The position numbers and the translations under genes were made by a program. A stretch of DNA of 52,940 nucleotides, from assembly GCA_031288495.1 (NCBI GenBank), contig JAITRH010000246.1, positions 1 to 52,940 of the forward strand, read 5' to 3'. This document shows, piece after piece, positions 1-8,767 of the stretch. The DNA is from Treponema sp. GTDB taxonomy: Bacteria > Spirochaetota > Spirochaetia > Treponematales > Breznakiellaceae. The notes below the pieces were generated by a model. The model was given only the letters and a program-made list of their open reading frames with translations, was not told the origin of the DNA and did not search any database. The number at the start of each line of letters is the position of its first letter. Positions within the stretch are counted from its first letter, which is position 1.

Positions 1-203
1 GATCGTTCGATCTTCCGGCCTTTAAGAAGCGCCGCGGCTTCCCACAGGTCCTCTATGCGTCCGTTGGTACAGGAGCCGATGTAAACCTGCCCCTCAAGTT
101 CCCTGATGGATTTGACCTGATCCGGCTTGTACCCCAGGGTGGCCAAAGGCTCAAGGCCGGCGCAGATTCGGCGTGTTTCTTTTTGCTCATGGATAGCCTT
201 CGG
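1..203 (-). pseudogene. Aconitase-family dehydratase large-subunit (LeuC/HacA-like) C-terminal fragment; 3' end runs off the window
   Basis: The minus-strand frame is open from 203 to 1 and reads ...[59 protein letters not shown] is the cluster-ligand motif of isopropylmalate isomerase/aconitase large subunits and normally lies about 300 aa into the protein. There is an in-frame TAG at 204-206 and no in-frame ATG or GTG (only a TTG at 144-146). The upstream space is taken by the 229..1917 CDS. Confidence 0.4.
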
Positions 204-228
204 CTATCTTACCCTTCCGGGGCTATGA

Positions 229-1917
229 TTAGGTACTGCCGGTAGAGGGGTAACGGCGTAGCTCTTTCAGGGTCATCTCAAAGAGTGTGAGCAGGGGGTC
301 GATTTCTATACGTACCCGTTTCAAAAAGGAAAGGTCCTTTCCTGAAGGACGGCGGCCCTCTGCTCCGGCACATTCAGGAAAATGCGCCCAAAGGTAATCG
401 CCCTCGTCGAGCAGGGCTTCGAGGGTTTCAGGATCCTGGGATCCGTTTCCCGTGAGTATATCCCGAAGCCGCATCAGGGCATCTCGTTCCCGGCAGATAA
501 AGGCCGCTACTGCCGCGGTTATGGCGGCCCCCGTATACCAGGGTTTAGGAATTGTGCCGGCTACGCCGGGGACGCCTTTCCCCAACACCTTAAGGGCCCC
601 TTCCAAGGATAGGCTTCGTAGTCCTAAAGGCAGGCCAAGCCCGGTAATATCCTGGATCCGGGAGTCTTGGGCAAATTCCTGTTCAAAGAGGTCCCGATAG
701 GTTTTCATTCCAGGATCGCTCCGCTGGGATAGCCCTGCTTTTGAACGGACCCCCCCCGTACCGGGCCGAAACGCCGCATCGGCCATGAGGATGCTCCTCA
801 AACGGGTTTGCCGGTACAATCCTTCCCGGTGCCCCGGGGTGGATCGGGCATGAAATCTATCCAGGGTAAAAGCAAAATCCAGGCCCCCGATGATGATAGG
901 CCCGGTGGAAAGACGCCGGGCTAGGGCTACTGCGGTAAGGCCCACCGAACCCAGGGGCGGGAAGGTTTCCGGGAGCAGCCCTGCCGATGCAAGCCGCTTG
1001 AACAGGCGAAGCCTGGTCCACGGAGTGGCAAAGAGCCACGGGTGGCCGCCAAGGACTTCCCGGGTGGCAGGAAGCGCGGAAAGATCCATAGCCAGAGGAA
1101 TTTCCCAGGAACCCATGCCGATGAAGTCCCGGAGGTTCCAATGCTGACTTTCCAGGGCAACCACGAGATCCGGTTTGATGTTCCAGTCTTTTAAGGATTG
1201 CAAACAGGTATCCACCCCGATTATCTTGAAGGGTCGAGAACCTTCAGAGAGGGCCGCGCCCCAAAAGCGGTGCAGCCCCTCCAATACCCCATCCAGGGAA
1301 GGACCTGCCCCTAACACCAACACCGGGGAAGCCCCCAGGGTACCGACCCGGAGAGCAGGGGCGTGGGGAATGAGGGCCAGGTTGCGGATGGCATTCCGAA
1401 CATACCGCCGGCCCATCTTCATGAGGGTCATGGCGTTACCCCAGTCAAGGGCCGTATCCCGGCGCAGCGCCTCTGCGAGGGTTGCATACCGATCCCCGTA
1501 TAGTTGCCAGCCTCCAGACAAACGAAGGATTTCTATGCGCCGGAACCGGCGGCTCCCCCAGGTGTTTTTGACCCACCCGCAGAGCCTTGCCGGATCGCCG
1601 GAACCGCTGACCAGAGCCAAGGCGGGATTTTTTTTCAGTACCTCTCCCAGGGCTTTGCTGGATAAGGGGAGGAGCTTTTCATCAAGCTCCACGCAGAGGA
1701 TTGCCGAATCAGGGCCTATATGGCTCAACAGCCACTCAATACCGTAGCCGTACAAGGGGGAAGGGCAAAAGTAGAGGATCCCTGCTCCCAAAGGAGCTGC
1801 CCTGGCAAGCCGTTCCCCCTGGGCAATGGGGTCTATAAGAGAGAGGAGGGTCTTACCTTTATAAGCAACGGAAAATCCCCGGCGAGCTTTACACTGCCGA
1901 GGCGGTTCATCGGGCAT
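229..1917 (-). CDS. Motility-associated-factor (Maf) / DUF115 MptE-like family protein, putative flagellin glycosyltransferase
   Basis: 562-aa ORF. VLVLGAGPSLDG ... FKIIGVDTCLQSLKDWNIKPDLVVALESQ matches the GAGPSL / IKPD / acidic-residue layout of the DUF115 (Maf) domain. It starts 7 nt after the preceding CDS on the same strand. Confidence 0.55.
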   Translation of the reverse strand: MPDEPPRQCKARRGFSVAYKGKTLLSLIDPIAQGERLARAAPLGAGILYFCPSPLYGYGIEWLLSHIGPDSAILCVELDEKLLPLSSKALGEVLKKNPALALVSGSGDPARLCGWVKNTWGSRRFRRIEILRLSGGWQLYGDRYATLAEALRRDTALDWGNAMTLMKMGRRYVRNAIRNLALIPHAPALRVGTLGASPVLVLGAGPSLDGVLEGLHRFWGAALSEGSRPFKIIGVDTCLQSLKDWNIKPDLVVALESQHWNLRDFIGMGSWEIPLAMDLSALPATREVLGGHPWLFATPWTRLRLFKRLASAGLLPETFPPLGSVGLTAVALARRLSTGPIIIGGLDFAFTLDRFHARSTPGHREGLYRQTRLRSILMADAAFRPGTGGVRSKAGLSQRSDPGMKTYRDLFEQEFAQDSRIQDITGLGLPLGLRSLSLEGALKVLGKGVPGVAGTIPKPWYTGAAITAAVAAFICRERDALMRLRDILTGNGSQDPETLEALLDEGDYLWAHFPECAGAEGRRPSGKDLSFLKRVRIEIDPLLTLFEMTLKELRRYPSTGST

Positions 1918-1924
1918 GGGGGTC

Positions 1925-3454
1925 TCAATCTAAGGGCTGGATATACTTAAGATAGATGTCAAAGAAGCGATCCTCCAGTTTTTTGTTAGAGAGAAAATAG
2001 TCCCGCAGGTTCTGATTAATAAAGGAACTCATCCAATAGGAGGCATAGGCGGTTTCTATATACTCCCCGTTGGTTTCATCTTCAGCGATCTCTTCTGAGG
2101 GGTAGAGAACGACTACGGTATTGCCGAGTACCAGGGGCTGAGAAGGGGTGTTTAAAGGGGTAGAGAAGGCGGTCTGCCAAAAAAGTTCATTTGATCCGGC
2201 TCCGCTCAGTTCAGGGACGGAGAAAGAAGAAAGGCCCGTAAAGATCGGCACCTCTCCATAATTGAGAGGCAGGGGCCCAAAGGTGCGTTCCAAAAGCCCT
2301 TTTTGGATGAGGGCATCAGGAAAACTACTCTCCCTAACCGCGGCTCTAAAGGATTCCGCCTCGGTAATAAAGTAGTCCTCCACCCGGCCCCGTTCATACT
2401 CCATGATATAAGTACGGATTTTGTCCAATAACGCCGCGTCCCCGGTATCCGCAGGATACGAGGCCTCTTCGGCCCTGAAAAAGGCCCAGCCTCTGGAAAC
2501 CTTCACGAGGGGGCTTAGGTCTCCCTTGGCCAGGTGGATAAGGGATTCCCGGGCCTGTTCGTCCGGCACCTCTGGGGTAAGCTCATAGGCCATTTTAATC
2601 CCCATATCTCCACTTCGTTCAGCATAGGTATCCTGGGAATAGGTCTGGGCAGCCTCCTCAAAAGTACTGGTGCCGTCGCTAATCGTACTGCGGATCTGCT
2701 GAGCTTCCCGCTCGCTGGAGGTGATGGTAATACAGGAGAGATGGATAACCCGGAAAAGGGCATCCTGAGCCGCGGCATAGGCGATGAGTTCCGTATCAGG
2801 ATAAGCCCGTAAAGGAAGGACCGCCATAGAAAAACTCCGCTTGGGAGACGCCATAGCCCGGATAAAGGCCTTTTCCTGGGAGGAGATTCGGAGTTCCTCT
2901 ATATCCTGCTGGTAATAGGTTTTGGTGATGCTGTCTTGCACCTGCCGCCATAGGGCCATCCGGGAGGTGGTATCCAGGGCACGGTATTTGGAGGTGGAAA
3001 ACCGGCCGTTTTCCTGGAATTGGGGGAGCTGGGCCACTTCCCGGTCCACTACCTCAGGAGGGACCTTATACCCTGTCTGGTTCATCTCATCCAGTATCGC
3101 GGTATGGATGACCGTTTCCTCAAAAGCCTCCCGCCAAATCTGGTAATTGGTAATTTGATAATTAGTATCCCTCATCGAAGACTGCCGGTATCGGGCTATC
3201 ATCTCCCGGATCTGGGAGAAGTAATTCCCCGGTACATAGGTCAGGGGAATCTTATTATAGGAACCAAAGCTGAGATCCACCGAAGCCCCGGCACTTGGTA
3301 CGATAGCAGGAACAAACACAAAGGCCACAATAACGATAACCAACACGATGATGGTTCCGATAAAAAGGAAGGGATGGGTCTTAAAGCGGCGCATGAGGTC
3401 GGCTACCGCAGAATCATCTGAAGGTCTGAGCGTTTTTTTGTCTTTTGAAGCCAT
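1925..3454 (-). CDS. Membrane-anchored periplasmic chaperone, PpiD/SurA-N-like
   Basis: 509-aa ORF with an N-terminal TM anchor (FLFIGTIIVLVIVIVAFVFV) followed by a long soluble region. This layout is typical of PpiD-type chaperones. No parvulin motif was recognised by eye. Confidence 0.4.
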   Translation of the reverse strand: MASKDKKTLRPSDDSAVADLMRRFKTHPFLFIGTIIVLVIVIVAFVFVPAIVPSAGASVDLSFGSYNKIPLTYVPGNYFSQIREMIARYRQSSMRDTNYQITNYQIWREAFEETVIHTAILDEMNQTGYKVPPEVVDREVAQLPQFQENGRFSTSKYRALDTTSRMALWRQVQDSITKTYYQQDIEELRISSQEKAFIRAMASPKRSFSMAVLPLRAYPDTELIAYAAAQDALFRVIHLSCITITSSEREAQQIRSTISDGTSTFEEAAQTYSQDTYAERSGDMGIKMAYELTPEVPDEQARESLIHLAKGDLSPLVKVSRGWAFFRAEEASYPADTGDAALLDKIRTYIMEYERGRVEDYFITEAESFRAAVRESSFPDALIQKGLLERTFGPLPLNYGEVPIFTGLSSFSVPELSGAGSNELFWQTAFSTPLNTPSQPLVLGNTVVVLYPSEEIAEDETNGEYIETAYASYWMSSFINQNLRDYFLSNKKLEDRFFDIYLKYIQPLD

Positions 3455-3460
3455 GAAGTT

Positions 3461-3727
3461 TCATACCTCTACAAATAATGGACTTGATACAGAGCCTTTT
3501 TCACCATTCGGTTTTCTCACGATCCGGCTTTTTGAAAAATCCGCTCCATACCTAAGAATGTAATCACCATACCTTATCACCGGGAAATCGTCAATGCGCC
3601 TACCGGTGAAACCACACCAAGGCAAGGGGACGGCAAAGCCCCGGGTCTTGTGTATCCCTATACCAGCATCCGCCGCTGGATATTTGACATCCTGAATAGG
3701 ATTCTGAACCGCAGCGCTTGCTTTCAC
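3461..3727 (-). CDS. Hypothetical small protein (88 aa)
   Basis: The ORF lies between tsaB and the PpiD-like gene on the same strand and stops 6 nt before the next start. No recognisable motif. Confidence 0.3.
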   Translation of the reverse strand: MKASAAVQNPIQDVKYPAADAGIGIHKTRGFAVPLPWCGFTGRRIDDFPVIRYGDYILRYGADFSKSRIVRKPNGEKGSVSSPLFVEV

Positions 3728-3790
3728 CGGTAGGTTCCAGGGTGAGTTCGCCGAACCTTAGTTCGCAACCAGCGGGCCGTCGTATCCCCC

Positions 3791-4606
3791 TCAATAGAGA
3801 ACCTGTGGAGGGATCAGTCCTCCCAAACCCTCTATAGGCGCTTCATGATCCGGCCGCCCTAATTCAGCATCGCTTTTCCGCAGGTACAGGGGGCCTGAAA
3901 AAACTTCGCTTCTCACCGGGAGTTCTTTTATAAGCTCCCCGTTCCTTGCTTGGAGCCTTCTTTGGGCAAGTTCCACCAGTTCCTTGCCCCAGCCCTTGTT
4001 GCCCCGGGGATCCAGCCGGATCTGGTCCTGCATGTCAGGGACGGTGGAGAGTAATGCCTGTAATACCGGTAATACCCGCTCTCCATCAGGGCCGGTAAGG
4101 AGGATCTCCCTTATCCCGGAGGCATTGGGGGAGGTGTTTTTGCTATCCTGGAGGATAAGCTCCGCGATTCGGGCAGGAGCCACGTTCAGGTACTCGGTGA
4201 TCCGTTGTTCCTTTCGATAAAAGGCGGTAAAATAACCCTGTTTTTTCGCATCTATCACCGGAATGACCATACCGGGCCATAGGGAACAAGCAATAGCCAT
4301 ACAGTCTAGGGTAGGGACCGTAAGCAGCGGTATCTTCAGGGCCAGGGCCATCCCCTTGGCTGCGGCAAAACCAATACGAAGGCCGGTAAACGAACCAGGA
4401 CCTTTCATGCAAACCACCAGATCCACAGCACCCGGTTTGATTCCTGCGGTTTTGACGAGCCGGTCGCTTACCTCCATGAGCAGTTCCCCATGCCGCTGAC
4501 CTGCATTGATTTCAAAATACCACTCTTCCTTTTGGGCAGTAAAAGCTCCCGAAACGAGGGCAACCGATAGAATAGAGGTAGCCGTATCCAAAGCGATGAT
4601 AGTCAC
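3791..4606 (-). CDS. tsaB: tRNA N6-threonylcarbamoyladenosine (t6A) biosynthesis protein TsaB
   Basis: IIALDTATSILSVALV ... GPGSFTGLRIGFAAAKGMA is the TsaB/YeaZ signature. I moved the start to GTG at 4606, which forms a GTGA overlap with the tsaE stop. The track ORF start at 4711 lies inside tsaE. Confidence 0.8.
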   Translation of the reverse strand: MTIIALDTATSILSVALVSGAFTAQKEEWYFEINAGQRHGELLMEVSDRLVKTAGIKPGAVDLVVCMKGPGSFTGLRIGFAAAKGMALALKIPLLTVPTLDCMAIACSLWPGMVIPVIDAKKQGYFTAFYRKEQRITEYLNVAPARIAELILQDSKNTSPNASGIREILLTGPDGERVLPVLQALLSTVPDMQDQIRLDPRGNKGWGKELVELAQRRLQARNGELIKELPVRSEVFSGPLYLRKSDAELGRPDHEAPIEGLGGLIPPQVLY

Positions 4607-5055
4607 TGAGGCATATTCCTTAGGGTAATCAGGCGTTGATTTTGTTCTTGCAGGGTAATCTCCACGATGAGGGCATCTTTTGGTATGGATTGAGGGATCC
4701 GTTCGCTCCATTCAATCACCGAAACCCCTGATCCATAGAGCAGCTCTTCCGCGCCGAGGCTGCTGAAATCCTCATCCCCTTCAAGGCGATAGGCATCTAT
4801 ATGGTAAAAGGGAAGGTTCCCTTGATATTCGGCAATTATCGTATAGGTAGGACTGGTAACTTCTTCCCGTACTCCAAGCCCTCGGGCAATACCCTTGGTA
4901 AAATACGTCTTCCCGACTCCTAAACCTCCTCGGAGGGCAACCACACTGCCCGGACGCAGCCGGAGGGCAAGCCGTTCTCCTGCCGCAATGGTTTCTTCGG
5001 GAGAAGCGGTAGTAATATTACAGAGGCAATTCTCCATGACTATCAAGCTTATCAA
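4603..5055 (-). CDS. tsaE: tRNA t6A biosynthesis ATPase TsaE
   Basis: P-loop GGLGVGKTYFTKGIARGLG, SPTYTIIAEY and HIDAYRL form the TsaE/YjeE signature. The true start may be the internal ATG at 5037. Confidence 0.85.
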   Translation of the reverse strand: MISLIVMENCLCNITTASPEETIAAGERLALRLRPGSVVALRGGLGVGKTYFTKGIARGLGVREEVTSPTYTIIAEYQGNLPFYHIDAYRLEGDEDFSSLGAEELLYGSGVSVIEWSERIPQSIPKDALIVEITLQEQNQRLITLRNMPQ

Positions 5056-5281
5056 TATGTTGTTTTAATTCCCTAATGAGGGGAACGAGAGGATAATCAA
5101 CCGGCGCCGCAATAGTAACTAAAATGTCCTTTTGGCCCGTAGGTTTGATTTCAATAGAAAAATCAATAGACCGCTCTATTAGTTTATTCATTACCTGTAA
5201 AACCGCAATACCTGAAAAAAACATACGGTAATATATAGGAACATCTTTTCTGATAATGTCTTTAATTTCAAGTACTTTCAT
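5018..5281 (-). CDS. Hypothetical protein (87 aa) in the fliD-tsaE interval
   Basis: AT-rich ORF on the operon strand. It has no obvious SD and overlaps the annotated tsaE start by about 20-38 nt. No motif recognised. Confidence 0.35.
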   Translation of the reverse strand: MKVLEIKDIIRKDVPIYYRMFFSGIAVLQVMNKLIERSIDFSIEIKPTGQKDILVTIAAPVDYPLVPLIRELKQHIDKLDSHGELPL

Positions 5282-5307
5282 GGAGTTATTTTACTGTTTT
5301 CATACCT

Positions 5308-6135
5308 TTAGGTCAATTCGTCTTTGACCGTGGTGTACAGTTTCAACAAGCGGGGAGAAAGCTCATATTCCGCTAAATCGCCTATCAAGACGACATCCTG
5401 GGCAGTGTAGGCGGCTAAGAGCTCTTTGAGGGTAGCGCTGAATTCACCAATAAACTCATAAAACGGAAGCGTATCTATGGATAGGGTCTCTAAGGCAAGC
5501 CCCTGTACCTTCAAGAGCTTTAAAAGCCGAAACAACTTCTCCGCGGTATGGGAAAAGAGGCGTACCGTTTCTGCAGCCCTGCGGTCTTTGCCGGTTTGAA
5601 TATCCAGGGGGAGATCCTCAAGCCGGGCTGCAATGCCTGAAATCAAGGTACTGGCATGGTGGAATTCCGTTCTGGGATCTACCAATTCCCGAATCCGTTC
5701 ATCCAAAAGGGTATACATCTCTGGAAGAAGCATTTCCCCGGAAAAAGCTTTCTGAAGTAATGCATAGATATCGGGAATTTGTTCGGATAAAAAGTGAGCC
5801 GCCGGGCTTGCTTCCCATTCATTCTGGATACCGTGCCGATCTTCAAAGGAACGGTTTTCATAAGCCCTAAGAAGCTCTTGGCTATGGCACAAGGCTTCAA
5901 GGGCAAGCTGGGGCACCGTGCTGATGGTAATATCAAGGCGCTCTATGTCTTTTAGATCCTGTACAAAGACTTCTGCAAGGAATTCACCGGTAATGATGGA
6001 GCCGTTTATACGTAAACCACTGATGCGGTTTTCGGATCCTCCAAGCCACGTTTCAATACCCGCTAAAACATCTCCGAGGGTCTTTTCCGATTCCAGGGTA
6101 ATGCCTGCGGGCTGCTCGTTAATGAATATATCCAT
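5308..6135 (-). CDS. Hypothetical protein (275 aa), translationally coupled to fliD
   Basis: Its ATG shares one nucleotide with the fliD TAA stop (TAATG at 6133-6137). It is soluble and helical-looking. It is not FliS-like by eye. Confidence 0.6.
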   Translation of the reverse strand: MDIFINEQPAGITLESEKTLGDVLAGIETWLGGSENRISGLRINGSIITGEFLAEVFVQDLKDIERLDITISTVPQLALEALCHSQELLRAYENRSFEDRHGIQNEWEASPAAHFLSEQIPDIYALLQKAFSGEMLLPEMYTLLDERIRELVDPRTEFHHASTLISGIAARLEDLPLDIQTGKDRRAAETVRLFSHTAEKLFRLLKLLKVQGLALETLSIDTLPFYEFIGEFSATLKELLAAYTAQDVVLIGDLAEYELSPRLLKLYTTVKDELT

Positions 6136-8093
6136 TACTTACTGTTACCCTGCTGACTAAACTGATCCAGGGATGATGACATCCGTTCCATGCGATTATA
6201 GGCTCCTTCCATTTGGCCGTATTGGTTTTTGAGACTCGCTTCTTTGAGGGCAAGCTGCCGCTCTAAAGTCTCTACCCGCCGCTGTTCCTGATTTATCTGG
6301 GAATCTATAGTTCCGCTTTTGAGGGCGATGATGCCTCCGATTTCCACGAATGGTTTAGCCAGGGTTTCAAGGGTATAGGCAAGCCCTGCATCCACAATGA
6401 AATCCTCATTGGTATCGGAACCAAAGAGCTGGGCAATGGCAGGTAAATTAGTTTGTAATGCCTCATCCAAGACCTTCTCATTGATTTCCAGGTATCCCCG
6501 CAGCCGTGCAGGATCATACCCACTGCTTCCCCCTCGCCGGATATCCGTACCGATCCCGATCTGGGCTAATAAGGCAAGATCCCGGTTTGCTAACGTAGGA
6601 TAGGTTGCTGCCGCAGCCCTTTGAAGACTGGCTTTAAACTGAGTCAAGATAGAATCCCCGCTAAAAACCCCTAAGCGTTTGCGCAGATCCGCTTGTTCCT
6701 CCTCTGAGAGGTAGGAAAGCTCTTGAATAACCCGCTCGTCATTGCGGGTGAGCACATTAAGATCCGCCATAAGGCGATTATAGTTTCCTACCAAAGCTAT
6801 GATGGCGTCTTTGACCGCTGCCCGGTCAGGTTCGACCTTCAGTTGGATAGGTTTATCCGATGGGTTTCTGGCGGTGATGGTAAGCCCGGGGATAAGATCA
6901 TCGATCTTATTGGTAGGACGGGTAATCTCGATCCCTTCCATGGTAATCACCGCATCTTGGGCCAAAGACACCGGATTACGGGGTTTACTCCCTCCTTCCC
7001 CTTCGGAGTCTATGAACTGCAGGTTCCTAATAGAAACCTCCCGATGGGTATTTTGGTTGACAATTTCAAGGGAAACGATGGTTTTATCGATTTTATCCCC
7101 TAGTACATCGCTAAATCGGTAGTGATAGGTATTGAAATCGCTGGAATCCACAATAGGAGGCAATGCACTGTTCGTACCATCCGAATAGGTCAAATATAAA
7201 ACCTGCATAGCATCTACCTGGGCTACCGGTTCTAGGGGTGTCCAAGAAGGAATAGCACCGGCAGAAGAGGTCTCATCAGAACCTTCCTCAGCAACCGCTT
7301 CAGGAGAAAACTCCGCCGGTTCCTCTGAGGAGACCCTGTTTTCAAGTACCTTTGTGGCAATTTCAAATTGCAAAACCGCAGTCTGAGCAGAAAATTGCCC
7401 TAGATTAAAGGGTATGAACGCGGTCCCTCCAGGCTCTACGGTAAGAACCTCTTCCCGCAAGGATTTGGCTACCCCCTCTGCTGATTCCAACATACCGGAA
7501 CGTAAGCCCAAGGTTTCAGCGGTTTCTGAAAAGATCAGGGAATTCTCTGCGCCGGTTATCCGAGATTCAATAAAAAGCGATTTTTTCCCTGGCTGGACCG
7601 CGATAAGACTCCCTCCTATCTTATCCCGTCCCCGCCGGTTTAAGATTTCGGTAAATTCCCGTACCGATCCACCCCGAAAGGAAAAGGATATGCTTTCCTG
7701 TCCGATGGAAAAAGTATAGGTTCCTTCATCCACCGTAAAAGCATCTTCTAGAGGATCCGATAAGAAACGGTCCGACTGAGCAACTTGTTTAACGGTAAAG
7801 CTCAATTCCTGGTCTACCGCTTCCCTTGTGGAAATCCCGGAAAGAACCGATGGATCTGAAGAGTTGACAATCCGCTCATTGAAAGGATTTTGAAAAGAAT
7901 ACAGAAACCGGGCGCTATCCCTGAGGGTACTCATACGACGACTCAGATCTTGCCAATAGGTCTTTTCAGCCTGTAAATGTTCTACCTGCTTCTCAGAACG
8001 CTCCTTGGGGATACGTTCAACCTTCATAAGACCTTCAACGAGTTTTTCTGTATCAAACCGGCTTTTTAACCCCGGTACATAAATATCGGACAT
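6135..8093 (-). CDS. fliD: Flagellar filament cap protein FliD (hook-associated protein 2)
   Basis: 652 aa. The N-terminus MSDIYVPGLKSRFDTEKLVEGLMKVERIP and the C-terminal coiled coil ...LERQLALKEASLKNQYGQMEGAYNRME are typical of FliD. It lies downstream of two flagellin genes. Confidence 0.85.
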   Translation of the reverse strand: MSDIYVPGLKSRFDTEKLVEGLMKVERIPKERSEKQVEHLQAEKTYWQDLSRRMSTLRDSARFLYSFQNPFNERIVNSSDPSVLSGISTREAVDQELSFTVKQVAQSDRFLSDPLEDAFTVDEGTYTFSIGQESISFSFRGGSVREFTEILNRRGRDKIGGSLIAVQPGKKSLFIESRITGAENSLIFSETAETLGLRSGMLESAEGVAKSLREEVLTVEPGGTAFIPFNLGQFSAQTAVLQFEIATKVLENRVSSEEPAEFSPEAVAEEGSDETSSAGAIPSWTPLEPVAQVDAMQVLYLTYSDGTNSALPPIVDSSDFNTYHYRFSDVLGDKIDKTIVSLEIVNQNTHREVSIRNLQFIDSEGEGGSKPRNPVSLAQDAVITMEGIEITRPTNKIDDLIPGLTITARNPSDKPIQLKVEPDRAAVKDAIIALVGNYNRLMADLNVLTRNDERVIQELSYLSEEEQADLRKRLGVFSGDSILTQFKASLQRAAAATYPTLANRDLALLAQIGIGTDIRRGGSSGYDPARLRGYLEINEKVLDEALQTNLPAIAQLFGSDTNEDFIVDAGLAYTLETLAKPFVEIGGIIALKSGTIDSQINQEQRRVETLERQLALKEASLKNQYGQMEGAYNRMERMSSSLDQFSQQGNSK

Positions 8094-8353
8094 ACTCTCT
8101 TATAGTCTTCCCCTACAGCCTCTGCCCTGGGAACCTTGAAAACAATTAAAGTGAGGCTCTTTTCATCTAACACGGTGAAACAAGCCCTGGTATCACAAGG
8201 ATCTCCCGCTCTTTTATTCCATTTAACCTTTCAAAAGAAACCCTCACTTCCAAAACAGTACCATTATCCCTCGGTATTGATTCATTACAAAAAACACACC
8301 CTTCCTTAATTCGAGCATAAAACCTCGGCAATGCTTCAAAAGGCCACCTTTAT

Positions 8354-8380
8354 TTATCGGTCCTCAAATCTAGTGCCTTG
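8354..8380 (-). promoter_or_regulatory. Weak sigma-28-like promoter candidate for fliD
   Basis: The minus strand reads CAAGGCAC-N11-ACCGATAA. The -10 element matches GCCGATAA at 7 of 8 positions. The -35 element matches TAAAGTTT at only 3 of 8. It sits about 260 nt upstream of the fliD ATG. Confidence 0.25.
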
Positions 8381-8658
8381 ACAGCAATTTCATGGTACAG
8401 GCAAGTCCTATCTCCTCAATAGGTGATATCTAGAACCTACCTTGCCTCCCGCTTCCCTTACTGTATGAATAACAAAGTTTAGATTGTTCGATTATGCTAT
8501 TTTTCCTCTCTTGCCCACGGAACCGGCCCTCAAAATGTATACGCCTCGTATCCCTTTCGAGAGAGCAGGGCACGCTAAACGCATTCCTCCCTATACTACC
8601 ATAGGGACCTCTTGATAATTAAAATATACTATAAAACCTATGCTTATGAAAAGATTTA

Positions 8659-8700
8659 AGAAAAAAGAAAAAGACAGGGAAAGGCGCGATATTCCCTGTC
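8659..8700 (-). terminator. Rho-independent terminator after the downstream flaB
   Basis: Perfect 8-bp stem GACAGGGA/TCCCTGTC (8673-8680 / 8693-8700) with a 12-nt loop. On the minus strand it is followed by TTTTTCTTTTTTCTT (8659-8672). Confidence 0.75.
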
Positions 8701-8767
8701 TTGGATTTCAAAAGGCGACGTCCAGGTGCCTCTCAACCATATCCAATTTTAAAAACTGAAAACCCCA

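Noticed and set aside
3791-4711. Several track ORFs have long N-terminal extensions: tsaB to 4711, rpmI to 47610, yaiI to 45107, XRE copy 2 from 43983, the NuoE-like gene from 19428, the NuoF-like gene from 19984 and the ComFB gene from 26383.
   Set aside because: The extensions overlap upstream genes or lack homology. Internal starts with good SDs or overlap coupling reproduce the canonical protein N-termini, so the shorter models were used.
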